This document shows positions 12,191 through 23,734 of a stretch of DNA of 64,000 nt, in pieces. The notes below the pieces were generated by a model that was not told the DNA's origin, made no database searches, and saw nothing but the letters and a program-made list of their open reading frames with translations. This DNA is from Gracilinanus agilis (Eukaryota): the NCBI RefSeq assembly GCF_016433145.1, contig NC_058130.1:524258157-524322156 (forward strand), in the 5' to 3' direction. A program made the position numbers and the translations under genes. The stretch's first letter is position 1. Each line of letters begins with the position of its first letter.

Positions 12191-13969
12191 GGACTGGTTA
12201 ACCTCTTAAATCTCTTCCTTTCTAAATCCTGTAACTATTCATTTTCGTGCGCCCTTGGAATGAATGAAAAAGCACTGTGCTGATACAAATACAAAAATGT
12301 CTGGTCTGGTCTGGTGCTGCCAACCCGACTGTGGAAGACAGGAGAGTCTGAACTCCCTCCTGAAGGAGCCTGGCTCAGTTTTGGGAAGGGAGTCCCAAAG
12401 CTGAATAAATTAACTTTCCCAGGACTTGGAGGGATGGCTTCTGGGAGTATGATCTGGAGGTTGTCTTTGTCCAAGATGCCAGGATGGCCACAGTGGGCAG
12501 CAGGATGGGATGTGACCCTTCTTTCTTGGTTATCTGGCTTAAAACTTAGTCTATATGGTAGGGGAGCAAACCCTGCAGCTTACCACAAAGTCTAGGGAGG
12601 CATTTCAGGTTTGATGGACACAGCTCAATGCTAGCTCTTCAGAGATATTGTATTTATCCTCCTAGCACAGCTTAGGTACACTTTTTAGCCCCATCAGAGA
12701 GCATTTTATCCCAGCAAAGTGGTCAGGATAGTTAGTGCAATGGAAAGAGTCTTGGATTTGTACTCTAACAGATTTCAGTTCCAATTCTAGCTTTGCCTGA
12801 TGCTAAATCTATAAAACGAGGGGTTTCTCTTCCAGTTACAAATCTAACATCCTATGACCCCGAGTTTCTTCCAGTAAGATTACGACCAGTAAAAATCGTT
12901 GGGGAAAATTATTTCTCACTTTGGGGGACTAAAGTCAGGGCCCAGATGACAGGCAAACAGAGAGTAACCACATTAAGATCATCCGTTAAGACTTTTGATG
13001 CTTACGTGTCACCTATCTCTTGGGCACACCTGACACGGGGCAAGGTCTGTGGTGACAGAGTAAAGTGATCTAGGTCAGGAATTACGGTCCTAATCAAACA
13101 TTCCCTCAGACCAACTCCCTGAATATGGGCTGACTATTAATTTATGTCAGATGATTATCAAGTCCAAAGAGCACATCTGAATGGGACACGTTCTCAATGG
13201 CAGATCTAAGAAGAAGGAATAACCCTGAATGCTTTGAACCAGGGGGAGAAAAGGTGCCGGACACTTTAGTTTTGATTTTTAAGAATGTCAGCAACTTGAT
13301 GGCAGACAGGATTGTCCAGGCAGATCAAATCCCTGCTTCAAACTCTGCTTTATGCATTTTGTTCACAGTCTGCTCAAATTCATTTCGTTCTAGGTAGGCA
13401 AAGTTAGATCACATCATGAGTTAGTAACAGTGATTTGGATTTGGGGGACACTTTAACGCTTACAAAATCCTCTCCAGAACAACCCCAGGAGCTGAGGTTG
13501 GGGCCTGTATGAACATTGTCTTTCCACTGATAAGAAAAGAGCCTCAGAGATGAGGTGACTTGCCCATGATCACACAGGGTAACAGTGTGGAATTGGGGTA
13601 AATCAAGGATCACTAAGCATTCATCTTGGAAGGGGACTGAAAGCCGACCCCATGGAACAGAGATGAGGTGACTTGGCCATGATCACACAGCCAGGATGGG
13701 AGGCAGCATTCCAACCCAGGTCTCCTGACTCCAAGCTATGTCATGCCGCCTTTCATGAATAAAAGAAAAGTCAATCAATCAATCAGCAAATGTTTATATA
13801 AGCATCTACTATGTGCCAGACACTGTGGTGGGTGAATACGTGTTCATAGATAAATAAATATGAGATTTAGACCCCAAAAAAACCTAGTGATGAGAAAGTA
13901 AAACTAACAATTGAGGTAAAGAATGAAAATAACAGCTAACGTATAGAAAACTTCAAGGTTTGAAACACA

Positions 13970-14410
13970 CTTCATTAGGGTTACGTCGTTTTAGTCATTT
14001 CTGATTCTTTATGAACACATTTGAGGTTTTCTTAGTATAGATATTGGAGTGGTTGGCCATTTCCTTCTACAGCTCATTTTACAGATGAGGAAATGGAGGC
14101 AAATGGGGTTAATTGACTTGCCCAGGGTCACCCAGCTACTAAGAAACTGGATTTGAACTCAAGAAAATGAGTCTTCCTGACTTCAGGCCCCTGGCTCTAT
14201 CTATTGTGATTGTTGGCTGCCCTTGAAAAGCCCTTTGAAATTTTAATTTCATTTTAGCCTTACAATAGCCTGGGAAATAGGTGCTATTATTATCATTTTA
14301 CGGATGAAGAAACTGGAGGCAGAAAGAGACTAAGTGACTGGTCTGTGGTATCTGGGGTCGGTGCTCAGATTCCTACTTGGGTCCAGAGCCCTTTCCACTG
14401 AGCTACCTGG
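13970..14410 (-). mobile_element. MIR/Mar1-family SINEs (two adjacent copies)
   Basis: CATTTTACAGATGAGGAAA..GAGGCA...GG.TAA.TGACTTGCCCAGGGTCAC core motifs. Confidence 0.75.
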
Positions 14411-15054
14411 CTGTGTATCATCAGGGAATGAAGAGAGGCCTCTAGGAGGGAGCACTCTGGCTGAGTGAGATGTGAAAGAGAAAAAGCACTGAGCAGGCCT
14501 GGAGGGCAGCCATAGGAGCAGAGCAGGGGGAGACTGAGTGACTAAAGGGTTCAGATGTTCAATGAAGGAAAGGGAGACCAAAGTTGGGGTGATACCCTGC
14601 CCAGAGAGCCAGAATGGCCACAGCTTGTGGTGAGGCTGGAGGATGGGGTTAGAAGAAGACAGAAAGCCAGGACCCGGAGCTACAGTTACCCAGGAGAGAT
14701 CTGGTGCTCACATTCTAGCAGTTCACATTCTGGCTGTGAGATCAGGGATGCAATGGCCCCTTTGTATGGCAGAGGAAAGTAATGGGCAGATCATCTGACA
14801 TGAGGAGCCTGACAAACTAGGGAGCATCTTGGGCAGAGGTAGTTAGAACAGTGACTTGTGTGCTAGGTTGGAGTCAAGAAAAACTGAGTTTGGATGCTGT
14901 CAACTCAGATATGTATTGGCTTGCCACCTCATCTTTGTCTGCCTCAACTCCTCATCTATAACGTAGGTCACCTACCTCCCAGGGTTGTTGTGGGAAATCA
15001 AATGAGGTCGTATTTGTATAGATTTTCTAAACCTTAATATACTATACAAATGCT

Positions 15055-15220
15055 TCTCTCTGTCTCTTCTCTCTGTGTGTGTGTGTCTCTTTGTCTGTCT
15101 CTGTCTCTCTGTTCTCTCCTCTCTCTGTTTCTGTTCTTTCTTTCTCCACTCTCTGTCTCCTCTCTTTCTCTGTCTCTCTCTCCTCTGTCTGTCTGTCTGT
15201 CTCTGTCTCTGTCTCTGTCT
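15055..15220. repeat. CT/GT-rich low-complexity repeat (TCTG/TCTC)
   Basis: Read directly; it produces several spurious ORFs. Confidence 0.9.
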
Positions 15221-16017
15221 CCCCCCATCCCCTGTCCAGGTCAATTAACTGGAAAACACAAGGGAAGACCTATTAGTAATGAAGAGGGTAGCCAAGGATG
15301 TAGCCTCTTTAGAGAACAGACAGATCTCTGGGAATACAAAGGGATGGAAGATTCAATGAATAGTTCTCAATTATTGTTGTTCAGCTGTTTTCAGTTGTGT
15401 CTAATTCTTCATAATCTCATTTGGAGTCTGAAGTGATTTCCTTCTCCAACTCATTTTTACAGATGAGAAAACTGAGGCAAACGGGGTTAAATGAGCTGCC
15501 CAGTATCACACAATAAGTGCCTGAGTCTAGATTTAAACTCAGAAAGATGAGTTCTTCTGATTTCGAGCCCAGCTCTCTAACTACTTCACCACAGAGCTGC
15601 CCATATTTCTCAAAACTTCATTTTTTTAAAATTTCCAAGAGAAAAACTTGACATGCTTGATAATCCTGATGCTTTTGGATCCAGTTGTAACAAATGCTTA
15701 ATCATTTTTGGTTTTAAGTTGGGAACTAACACCTAAAAAAGCCTGAATTCAGCTACTCCTTCATCTGAACATCTCAGTTGTGTTTAATAATACTGGAAAA
15801 ACAGTAAATATCAGGCAATAAAGAATACTGCAACTTCTGAATTGGCTTACTTCCTTTCTAGAAAATACTTCAGATATCCAAAGATAGTTGCTTTCCCTGT
15901 TAAAGCCTTTACCAGAATCCTAAGTAGGGTGGAGTTATCAGGGTGCCCAGGGTGCTAAATTTAGAGGGCACCGAAAACACTTTTGACTCCTTAACAAAAT
16001 AATAGATCTCAGGGTCA

Positions 16018-16190
16018 GGGAGGTGGCTTCTTGGATGGAGAGATAGGGCCTAGAGATGGGAGGCCCTGGGTTCAAATATGACCTCAGACACTTCCTTGCT
16101 GTGTAATCCTGGCCAAATCCCTCATTGCCCAGCCCTTACCACTCTTGGACAGATGATAATCTTCTAAGACAGATGATAAGGGTTTTTAAA
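16018..16190 (+). mobile_element. SINE1_Mdo-like SINE (diverged)
   Basis: GGCCTAGAGATGGGAGG..CTGGGTTCAAAT..GACCTCAGACACTTCC...CCCTTACCACTCTT...AAGGGTTTTTAAAA. Confidence 0.8.
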
Positions 16191-16824
16191 ACAAGTGTTT
16201 TAGGTCAAATTGTATTGTTTGAGAAACTGAGAAGGGTTTTTGAGGACAAATATTGGAGTGGAGAGAAAGCCAGGTACTGAACTGAATGAGGAAAAAAGAA
16301 TGAGGAAGAAAAGAAAGAAGAACCCAAGAAATGTTTTGGGTTTGAGAGAGATGGCCATCATGATCTGAAATGGATGATACACTTAGGTACTGTGAACCTT
16401 GGAGGAGAGAATTTGGCAGTTTGCCAGGGCTGAGTGACAGTGGGGCAGGGAGAGGCAGAAGTGCCAACAAGGCACCGGGAACCCTCTCAACTCCCCCATC
16501 ACAGCCAATAAGGGGGACAACAGGAGTCAAAATGCAACTAGAAAGGATGGAGAAGAAAGCAATGTCACCAGGAGACAGCCATGGCTTAAGTGCATGCTGG
16601 AAAAGTAAGAAAGGAAGAAGTTTAAGATGAAAGGAAATTATTAATTGTGGAATAGCTGTGCCAGAGGGCACAGCGAAGGGTCAAGTCCCATCAGCCATGG
16701 CATCCAGCAGGACTACTCTGAGGTGGATGACAATGAGAGTAATCCATTCAGGATGGGCCTCAGGGTTTGTATAACAAAGCTTGGGGTTCAGAACTCCTGG
16801 GAGAGGGAGAAGAGGCTGGAAGTG

Positions 16825-17545
16825 TACTAATCATTGAGGAGTGCTATAGGATAATGTACTGCTGGGGGAGTTGTGAACTGCTTCAACCATTCTAGAGAAC
16901 AATTTGGACCTGTGCCCAAAGAGCTATAAAACAACACATACCCTTTGACCCAGAAATACTGGGTTTGTATCTCAAAGAGATAAAGGAAAAAAAGGGGGGA
17001 AGGACCTCTAAGTACAAAAATATTTGAAGCAGTCTTTTTGTGGGGGGCAGAGATTTAGAAAGTGAGGAGATACCCATCAACTGGGAAATGGCTGAGTAAG
17101 TTAAAGTATACGATTGTAATGGAATATTATGGTGCCATAAGAAATGATGAGCGGGAGGAAATCAGAAAAACCTGGAAAGACTCACATGAACTGAGGCAGA
17201 GTGAAATAAGCAGAAACAGGAGAATATTGCATACAATAACAGCAATATTGCACTATGAACAACTGTGAATGACTTAGCTATTCTCAGCAATATGATGATC
17301 CAAAACAAATGCCATCTGTTTCCAGAGAAAGAAATGATGGAGCCTGAATCAAGACCGAACAAACTTTTTTTCACTTTCCTTCCTAATTTTTTTTGGTTCA
17401 AGTTTCCTTCTACAAATCTCTATCAGATTGCTTATCATCTCAGTGGTAGGGAGGGAAAGAAGGGAGAGAATTGGAGACTCCATATTCTTTTTAAAATATG
17501 GGAAACTGTTTTTACATGTTAACTGAGGAAATTTTTTTTAATTAA
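16825..17545 (+). mobile_element. LINE-1 ORF2 3' end and 3'UTR
   Basis: Translates to L1 C-terminal-like peptides (e.g. YPSTGKWLSKLKYTIVMEYYGAIRNDE) and ends in an A/T-rich tail. Confidence 0.8.
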
Positions 17546-17998
17546 AGGTATCTGATGAGGAAGACACTAAAGGTATGGGGGGAAATCTCTGATAATTTAT
17601 TAAGGTATAAAAATGTATCTGATTATTAATATTATATTATTAAACTTATTAAGACCAAAAAAAGTCAACTTAGAGATCAGTAGTTCATAACTACCGATCC
17701 ATATGTCTAATTCTCCCGTCTATGCAAAATCTTTATGAAAATCATCTTCACATCAGCCTAGGGCATACTGGATGAAGATAAGAGAAAAAAATAAAGCAGA
17801 CTTTCCCATTTGATATTCAATAATGAGCCATATCTTTACCATTGTTCAACTGCCTGAAAGATGTAGAGAATGGAAGATGTCATCATGTTTACTATTTGCT
17901 GATTATGAAAAAAAAAAAACAAATGATTCCATAAAACAGCTTCTTGCAGTCTTTTTAAAAATAAGGTCTCTCTTAAAATCCTAAAAATTATTTTAGAT

Positions 17999-18190
17999 AC
18001 CTTGGAGTCAACAAGCATTTATTAAGTGCCCAGTATGTGCCAGGCACTGTGCTAAGTGCTGATGGTGCAAAGAAAGGCAAAAACATTCCTAGTCTTCACG
18101 GAGACCACAACCGAAAGGGGGAGACAACATGAAAACAAATCTGCATTCATAAGATGTATAATACTGTCTAATAAACCTCTGATTATAAAC
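17999..18190 (-). mobile_element. LINE-2 3' end
   Basis: AGTCAACAAGCATTTATTAAGTGCC..GTATGTGCCAGGCACTGTGCTAAG, the canonical L2 terminus. Confidence 0.8.
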
Positions 18191-18261
18191 ATCAGATGAG
18201 GAGAAAAATAGAAATATTCACCAAAGGCAGAAGCACCATGATGTAGGAGATTCATTCCAGA

Positions 18262-19030
18262 TTCCATATTCAAGATGGATTCCCTATGGATCCTCCCTGT
18301 GAGGTTCTCCAGGTGTTTCTGTTTTTAGATGTCACCGTACTAATTACATCAATCCCTAGAACACTGTAGAGCCTCCTGGAAGAAATCTATAATCAATCAA
18401 AGGAGTTTGGCCTGTTCATCCACACAGGAAAGACCAAATGGTTGAAAAATATCTATTGTCCAGATTTCAACTTGCATTTGAACAGACACTCTAGAGAACT
18501 GACATCAGCACACGTGGCTGGGATGGACAATACAGGAGGATGAGTTGTGGTTAAACATGAGAAGAGCAGTCTGGATTGCTTCAGAAAATGCATGAGTTTC
18601 TCATGAAAACAAAAGCTCATTTTTTAGTGTCACTATATGGCATCAAGACATGGAATACACTGAAATCTGAAGACTAAAAAATGAATATCCCACATTGGGA
18701 AATAGGGAAGCACAGGGTAGTTGTGAATTGGTTACAACATATAACCAATAAGAAACTCCAAAGAACAGGAATAAAAGATATCACCAAGGAATTGAAGGAT
18801 AGGATGAGAAAGCAGGTCTTCCACGTGGTGAGAGGGAGTCAGACAGATGGGCGGCCAGTGTGCTATGGGTATTCTTGTGATGTCAGCAGGAAGAAAAGAA
18901 GGCTTCTGGCACTTTGGGTGAATTTATGGGATGATATGGACAAGAGGTGCACATGATTAGCTGTCATGGATGAGTTGTGATCTGTATCATTGGAGAGAAC
19001 TCTCCCAGACTGAATCTAGCCATAACTCTT
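18262..19030 (+). mobile_element. Degraded RTE-clade LINE 3' part (RT domain end)
   Basis: Translates LLEEIYNQSKEFGLFIHTGKTKWLKN, an RTE-type RT motif, followed by degraded C-terminal coding sequence. Confidence 0.65.
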
Positions 19031-22000
19031 TGCTTTTGCTCTCCCAGTTCAGGATGCCTGGAATACTCTACCTATCATCTCCACCTCCTGAAATTCTAAT
19101 GATTTCCTCAGGTCTAGCTTAGGTACAGACTCCTTTACCAAGGTATCTTGGGCCATCCAAGCCAGAAGTTCATTATCTCTCTGTCTCTTTCTCTGATTCT
19201 TTCCTTTTCAAAATTTATTTTTTCAAACTACAAAAGAAAAATATGCATGGTCAAGCAGAACAAATTCTCACATTATCCACATCCCCAAATGTGGCTCAAT
19301 CTGTATCTCAATTCCATTGCTTTTCTGTCAGGGGCTAGAGAACGTGTGTCATCTGGCTAAAGTTTTCAGAGTACCTTGACAGGGAACTTGCATTCTAATT
19401 ATTATTTTTATGTATCATCTGTCCCAATAGAGGCAGCATGGTAGAGTGCTGGACTCTGATGAAGGAAGACCTGGGTTCAAATCTTGCCTGCGTCACTTAC
19501 TAGCTGTGTGCCTAAGAGAAATCATGTAGCCTTTCTGAAATTCAGTTAGCTCTCTAATATTTACCCGCTAAGTGAGATTCCACACAAAAGAAACCACCCA
19601 TCTTTGACCACTGACAAACCTACTCAACTAATTGTAAGCTCCGTGGAGTTAGAGACCCCTTTCTTACTCATTCTTTGCCCCAGGAGTCCAGTATAATGCC
19701 TTGAACCTAGTTTAATAAATGTATACAGCTGAACTTTCCTGAGAAATTGAGCATTTAAAACTGCTTCAGTTTTTGGAAAGTTTGTTATTTGCTCTGAATA
19801 TTGGGGGGGGGGAGCTGTTTGCAGACTAGGAAGAGAATTAATAAGCCTTGAAAGTGAATCCACTGGGCAATAATAGATAATCCCGATAAACATTTTCAAG
19901 ACCTGTACCAAAAGAGGTTGCTAACTATCAATACAAGAGAAAAGTCTTCCTAGAATAATTGGAATTAGATTCTCAGAGAATGAAAAAGCCCTAATCAGGC
20001 AGATGGGAGGCCAAACCACAAGGTGGCACTCTTCAGCAGCTTCATGCCCAGAAGAAACATGTTCAGGAACATGCAAAAGCCGGTGTTCTTTGCCAAGAAG
20101 TAAGACATAAGAACAGCTGAGAAACACAGAACTTTCTACAGCCACAGTTTTTGAAAGCCTTTCGATTTAATTTATGCCTGTGCGCGCCTATTCTTTGTAA
20201 CAGCCCTCCTGTGGTTAATGGGGCGCATAGACTAACTAGATGGCCCCCCACTTCCTGAAAGCCGGCCCCATGCCCCATGGTGGAGGTGGGGAGAAAGACA
20301 GAAGGAACAACCTTCAAGTTGCCAAGTGGAGGTGGTTGGTGGCAGGATGAGTTCATTTTCATGATTCAACTGTCTTTGGGTCAACAGTTAAAGCAAACAG
20401 AAGCTTGTATTAAGCTGAAGAGAACTTGCAACTGGGGCGCACTGATTTGCACGCACAACCTGAACCGTAACGTGGTTTGGGAAGGTCATCTCGGAAACGG
20501 CGCAAGTCTGGCCGAAGGGACCCAATCTCCTCGGCCTGCTGAAGCATTTTGGGTATGCACTCTGGAGAGAGCGCTCTCCGCAGATGTCTGGACACCGAAG
20601 TGGGAAAGGGATTAGAATGCTCTCCTGCTGAATCAAACTGGGGACACAGCACAAACTTCCCATTCCCAGAACTTCCTGAAATCTTTATTTCTGCTCTACT
20701 TCGCCCGAGCTCAACTATGGGGGTTGTTGGAGGCTTCAAAATTCAAACCCAGACCCAAACCCGCCTCTTTGCAGTAAGGTTATAAAAGTCCGCAAGAGCC
20801 CCTGCTTCAGAGAGGGAAGAGTGTGGAGCCGAGGAATGGCCCCTGTTCGTCTCACTATCTGCAAACATCTTGGCTGAACCTTAACGAGCTTCCCTCCCCC
20901 ACCCCCCCTGCCATGACATCTGTCTTTTCTTTCCCAGCTGGCTGACAAAGATGGGCGGCTGCTGCTGTTGTCTAGCTGACAGAAGTGTGTGTATGTGTCA
21001 CAGAAGCCTCCACCATTGTATCCTCCTCCCTCCCCTCATCTCACCCCCCCCCCCCGAAAATTAACCAGTAGTGGGTGTGATTCTTGGACTTGACCAGTTT
21101 CCTCCCCTCGGTGGATACTGATTCCAACCTGAGCCTGTCACTTAGACGGAAGCACGGTTAAGGGAGGGGTGGGGATGGGATAAGTTTCTCTGAAATCGAT
21201 GTTGATGGCTGGCTTGTCTAAGGGCTGCTGCGCTCCAGCTGCGGAATAAAACAGGAGACCGGATGTGAAGAGACTGTTTACAAATGTAAACACATTCTGG
21301 CCAGGGAATTCAGACTCCAGCAGGGTCTGCATGATTCTGGAAACGTGATCGGCCACGGCGATGCTGCTGGGACTGAAAAATATTAACAGCTTCCCTTCCT
21401 CACTGGGGCTGGGAGAGGGGAGGGGATGCCAAGGAGAGAGGCGGGTCCATGCTGCAAGCGTGTGCCCAGTCTGAATTGCACCAAGCCTTTAGTTCTGGCA
21501 TTAGCCAGCCGTAGGGGCATGTGGCGACTTTGGCTTGTGGGTCAAATGTTACATGCATAAATACACAAATAACAAAACTCAGCTTCTTGCCTCGAGAGAC
21601 TATTTCGTTATCTGTGCCTTTGTAACCTCATGCACAGTAGAGACATTTGCCTGCATTTAAACCTCATTAAGCAGCGAATGAGTTTGTGCCAGCACACTCG
21701 CTCTCACACTCCGCCCCCCCTTGGGACGGGAGCTAGGTCCCGGGGGCGCCTGTCACTTCATCCTCTAGTCCCTAGCCTCAGGGGAGGGATCAAGTGGGAA
21801 AATGGCCACTACAGCCCCTCCGCCCCACCTTATCTAAATGGCCTAGTGACCTTGCTCCCCCAGGAGGAGGGAGCACCCGGCCCTCAGACCATTCCAGTGG
21901 TTTGGCTTCCCCTCCTTTCACCTGAGGAATGAGGTGGTTCAAAGACCCATAAACAGGAAGGAGGGGATGAGAACACCAAGTCCTGCACGTTGAAAAACTG

Positions 22001-22335
22001 GCAGAGGGAGGGTCCTTCCCAGCAGCCAGGCCCGGGCCGTATCCCGCAGGGGGTGGGGGAGGGCGGGAAGGAGGGAGGACCAGAGGTAGGAGGAAGAGCG
22101 TGCAGCTCCAGCCTTCTCAGTTCCCGGCTCCTCGTTCCCACGTGGCCCGCACAGCTCGGAGGCGGGCTGGCGCCCGTAGTCCCACGTCCAGCTCTGAAGG
22201 CGTTCGCTTCCCGGGCCATCCCGTGCACCCCCTCAGGCGTCCGGCCCAGCTCGGAGCCAGAGGGGGCTGGAGCAGCCCGTCCCCGTCGATCCCGCCCCTT
22301 CCCGCTCGCCCGCCCCCGCACCAGCTCTCCCAGGG

Positions 22336-22398
22336 TTCGGATAACACCGGGCCGACCCGGGGGCGGGGCCTTCACGTCACAGCCCCGGGGGTAGAAAA
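22336..22398 (+). promoter_or_regulatory. CEBPD core promoter: GAS-like TTCGGATAA (22336..22344), Sp1 box GGGGCGGGGC (22360..22369), CRE-like TCACGTCA (22372..22379), TATA-like TAGAAAA (22392..22398)
   Basis: Motifs read directly. The order STAT3-Sp1-CRE-TAGAAAA matches the known eutherian CEBPD promoter. Predicted TSS about 22420..22425. Confidence 0.8.
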
Positions 22399-22489
22399 GG
22401 GACCGGTTTGGGCTGCACCGACCCGGTGAGAGTCTGACAAGCATCTGGGTCGTGGGAAGGAAGGGGGAAAAGCCAAGGAAGCGAGGGGT

Positions 22490-22501
22490 ATGAGAGAGTG
22501 A
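22490..22501 (+). other. Candidate uORF ATG-AGA-GAG-TGA (M-R-E-stop) in the CEBPD leader
   Basis: Only ATG between the TATA-like box and 22676; G at -3; in frame with the CDS (186 nt upstream). Confidence 0.5.
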
Positions 22502-22675
22502 GCGAAAGAGAGTCCCAGAGCCAGCGAGCAGCACCAGTGTCCCAGTGCCCAGCTCGTGCCGGCCCCGGGTGCCTGCCCCAGTCCTGTACTCTCGCTGCCC
22601 CAGGTGCGGGCTCCCGTCCTGCAGGCGCGCGCAGCCCAGGGCTCGGCCCTTGCCTGCAGGTGCCCGCCCGGCTCC

Positions 22676-23734
22676 ATGAGCACCGCGCTCTACAGCCTCG
22701 ACAGCCCGGCATGCTACAGAAACTGGTCTATGGAGCCGGCCAACTTCTACGAGACCAATAAGGGCGGCGGCGGCGGCGGCCCTGGGGGTCTGGGATCCTC
22801 CTGCAAGCCCGGCCGGGGCCCCCTAAGCGGCAGCGAGGAGCACGGCGGCAGCGGTGGGGGCGGAGGAGGAGCGGGAGGCGGCGGCGGCGGGGGCGGCGCT
22901 AACCTGGCGGAGCTGAGCGCGGCCGCCCCGGCCATGTACGACGACGAGAGCGCCATCGACTTCAGCTCCTATATCGACTCCATGTCCTCCGTGCCCAACC
23001 TGGAGCTGTGCCACGACGAGCTCTTCGCCGACCTCTTCAACAGCAATCAAAAGCCCGACCGCGGGGGTGGCGCGGGAGGCGGCGGGGCCAGCCACGCCAG
23101 CGCCGGGGACTACGAGTACCTGCCCGGGCACCCCGCGCACTCCCACCCCCAGGCGCATAAGGACTTCGCCAGCGCCATGGCCAGCCTCTTGGGCGCTGGC
23201 ACCAGCGCGTCCCCGCCGGGGGCTCTGAAGCAGGAGCCCGACTGGAGCGACAGCGACATGTCGTCGTCCTTGCTGCCCTCGCAGATTGCCACCTGCGCGC
23301 AGACCATCATGAACCTGTCGACGGCCGGCCAGCCCACCCCGCCCACCTCCCCGGAGCCTTCGGGCTGTAGTTCCAGCTCCAGCTGTTCCAGCGGTCGCTC
23401 CCCCTCGGCGCCGCAGCCGCAGCCGCCACTTCTAGGCAAGGAGAAGAGCGGCGGAAGCGGCGGCAAGAAGTCTCTGGACCGGTTCAGTCCCGAATACCGG
23501 CAGCGGCGAGAGCGCAACAATATTGCCGTGCGCAAGAGTCGGGACAAGGCCAAGAAGCGCAACCAGGAGATGCAGCAGAAGCTGGTGGAGCTCTCCTCTG
23601 AAAACGAGAAGCTGCACAAGAAGATCGAGCAGCTGACCAGGGACTTAACAAGCCTGAGACAGTTTTTCAAACAGCTGCCCAGTTCTTCCTTTCTCCAGGC
23701 CGGCACAGCCTCCTCGGGCATTGACTGTCGGTAA
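22676..23734 (+). CDS. CEBPD: CCAAT/enhancer-binding protein delta, intronless, 352 aa
   Basis: [12 protein letters not shown] start; [37 protein letters not shown]; [13 protein letters not shown] motif; [11 protein letters not shown] degron; b[55 protein letters not shown]; ends DCR. The track's 22556 start is a GTG; the first ATG is 22676. Synteny with SPIDR agrees. Confidence 0.98.
   Translation: MSTALYSLDSPACYRNWSMEPANFYETNKGGGGGGPGGLGSSCKPGRGPLSGSEEHGGSGGGGGGAGGGGGGGGANLAELSAAAPAMYDDESAIDFSSYIDSMSSVPNLELCHDELFADLFNSNQKPDRGGGAGGGGASHASAGDYEYLPGHPAHSHPQAHKDFASAMASLLGAGTSASPPGALKQEPDWSDSDMSSSLLPSQIATCAQTIMNLSTAGQPTPPTSPEPSGCSSSSSCSSGRSPSAPQPQPPLLGKEKSGGSGGKKSLDRFSPEYRQRRERNNIAVRKSRDKAKKRNQEMQQKLVELSSENEKLHKKIEQLTRDLTSLRQFFKQLPSSSFLQAGTASSGIDCR

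Noticed and set aside
13545-13690. 33-bp direct repeat (13545..13577 and 13658..13690)
   Set aside because: Both copies are MIR core sequence; a local duplication with no further signal.
14972-15436. ORFs from CT/GA repeats (also 57629..58067 and ORFs spanning N gaps)
   Set aside because: Translations of simple repeats or Ns.
1-22000. PRKDC 3' exons expected upstream of CEBPD from synteny
   Set aside because: I found no match to the ...[20 protein letters not shown] terminus by eye; it probably lies outside the window.
22426-22659. Possible 5'UTR intron: donor CCG|GTGAGA at 22426, acceptors ending 22603, 22624 and 22659
   Set aside because: With a TSS near 22420 the first exon would be about 5 nt, and CEBPD is intronless in other mammals. 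Revisit only if an upstream TSS is found.
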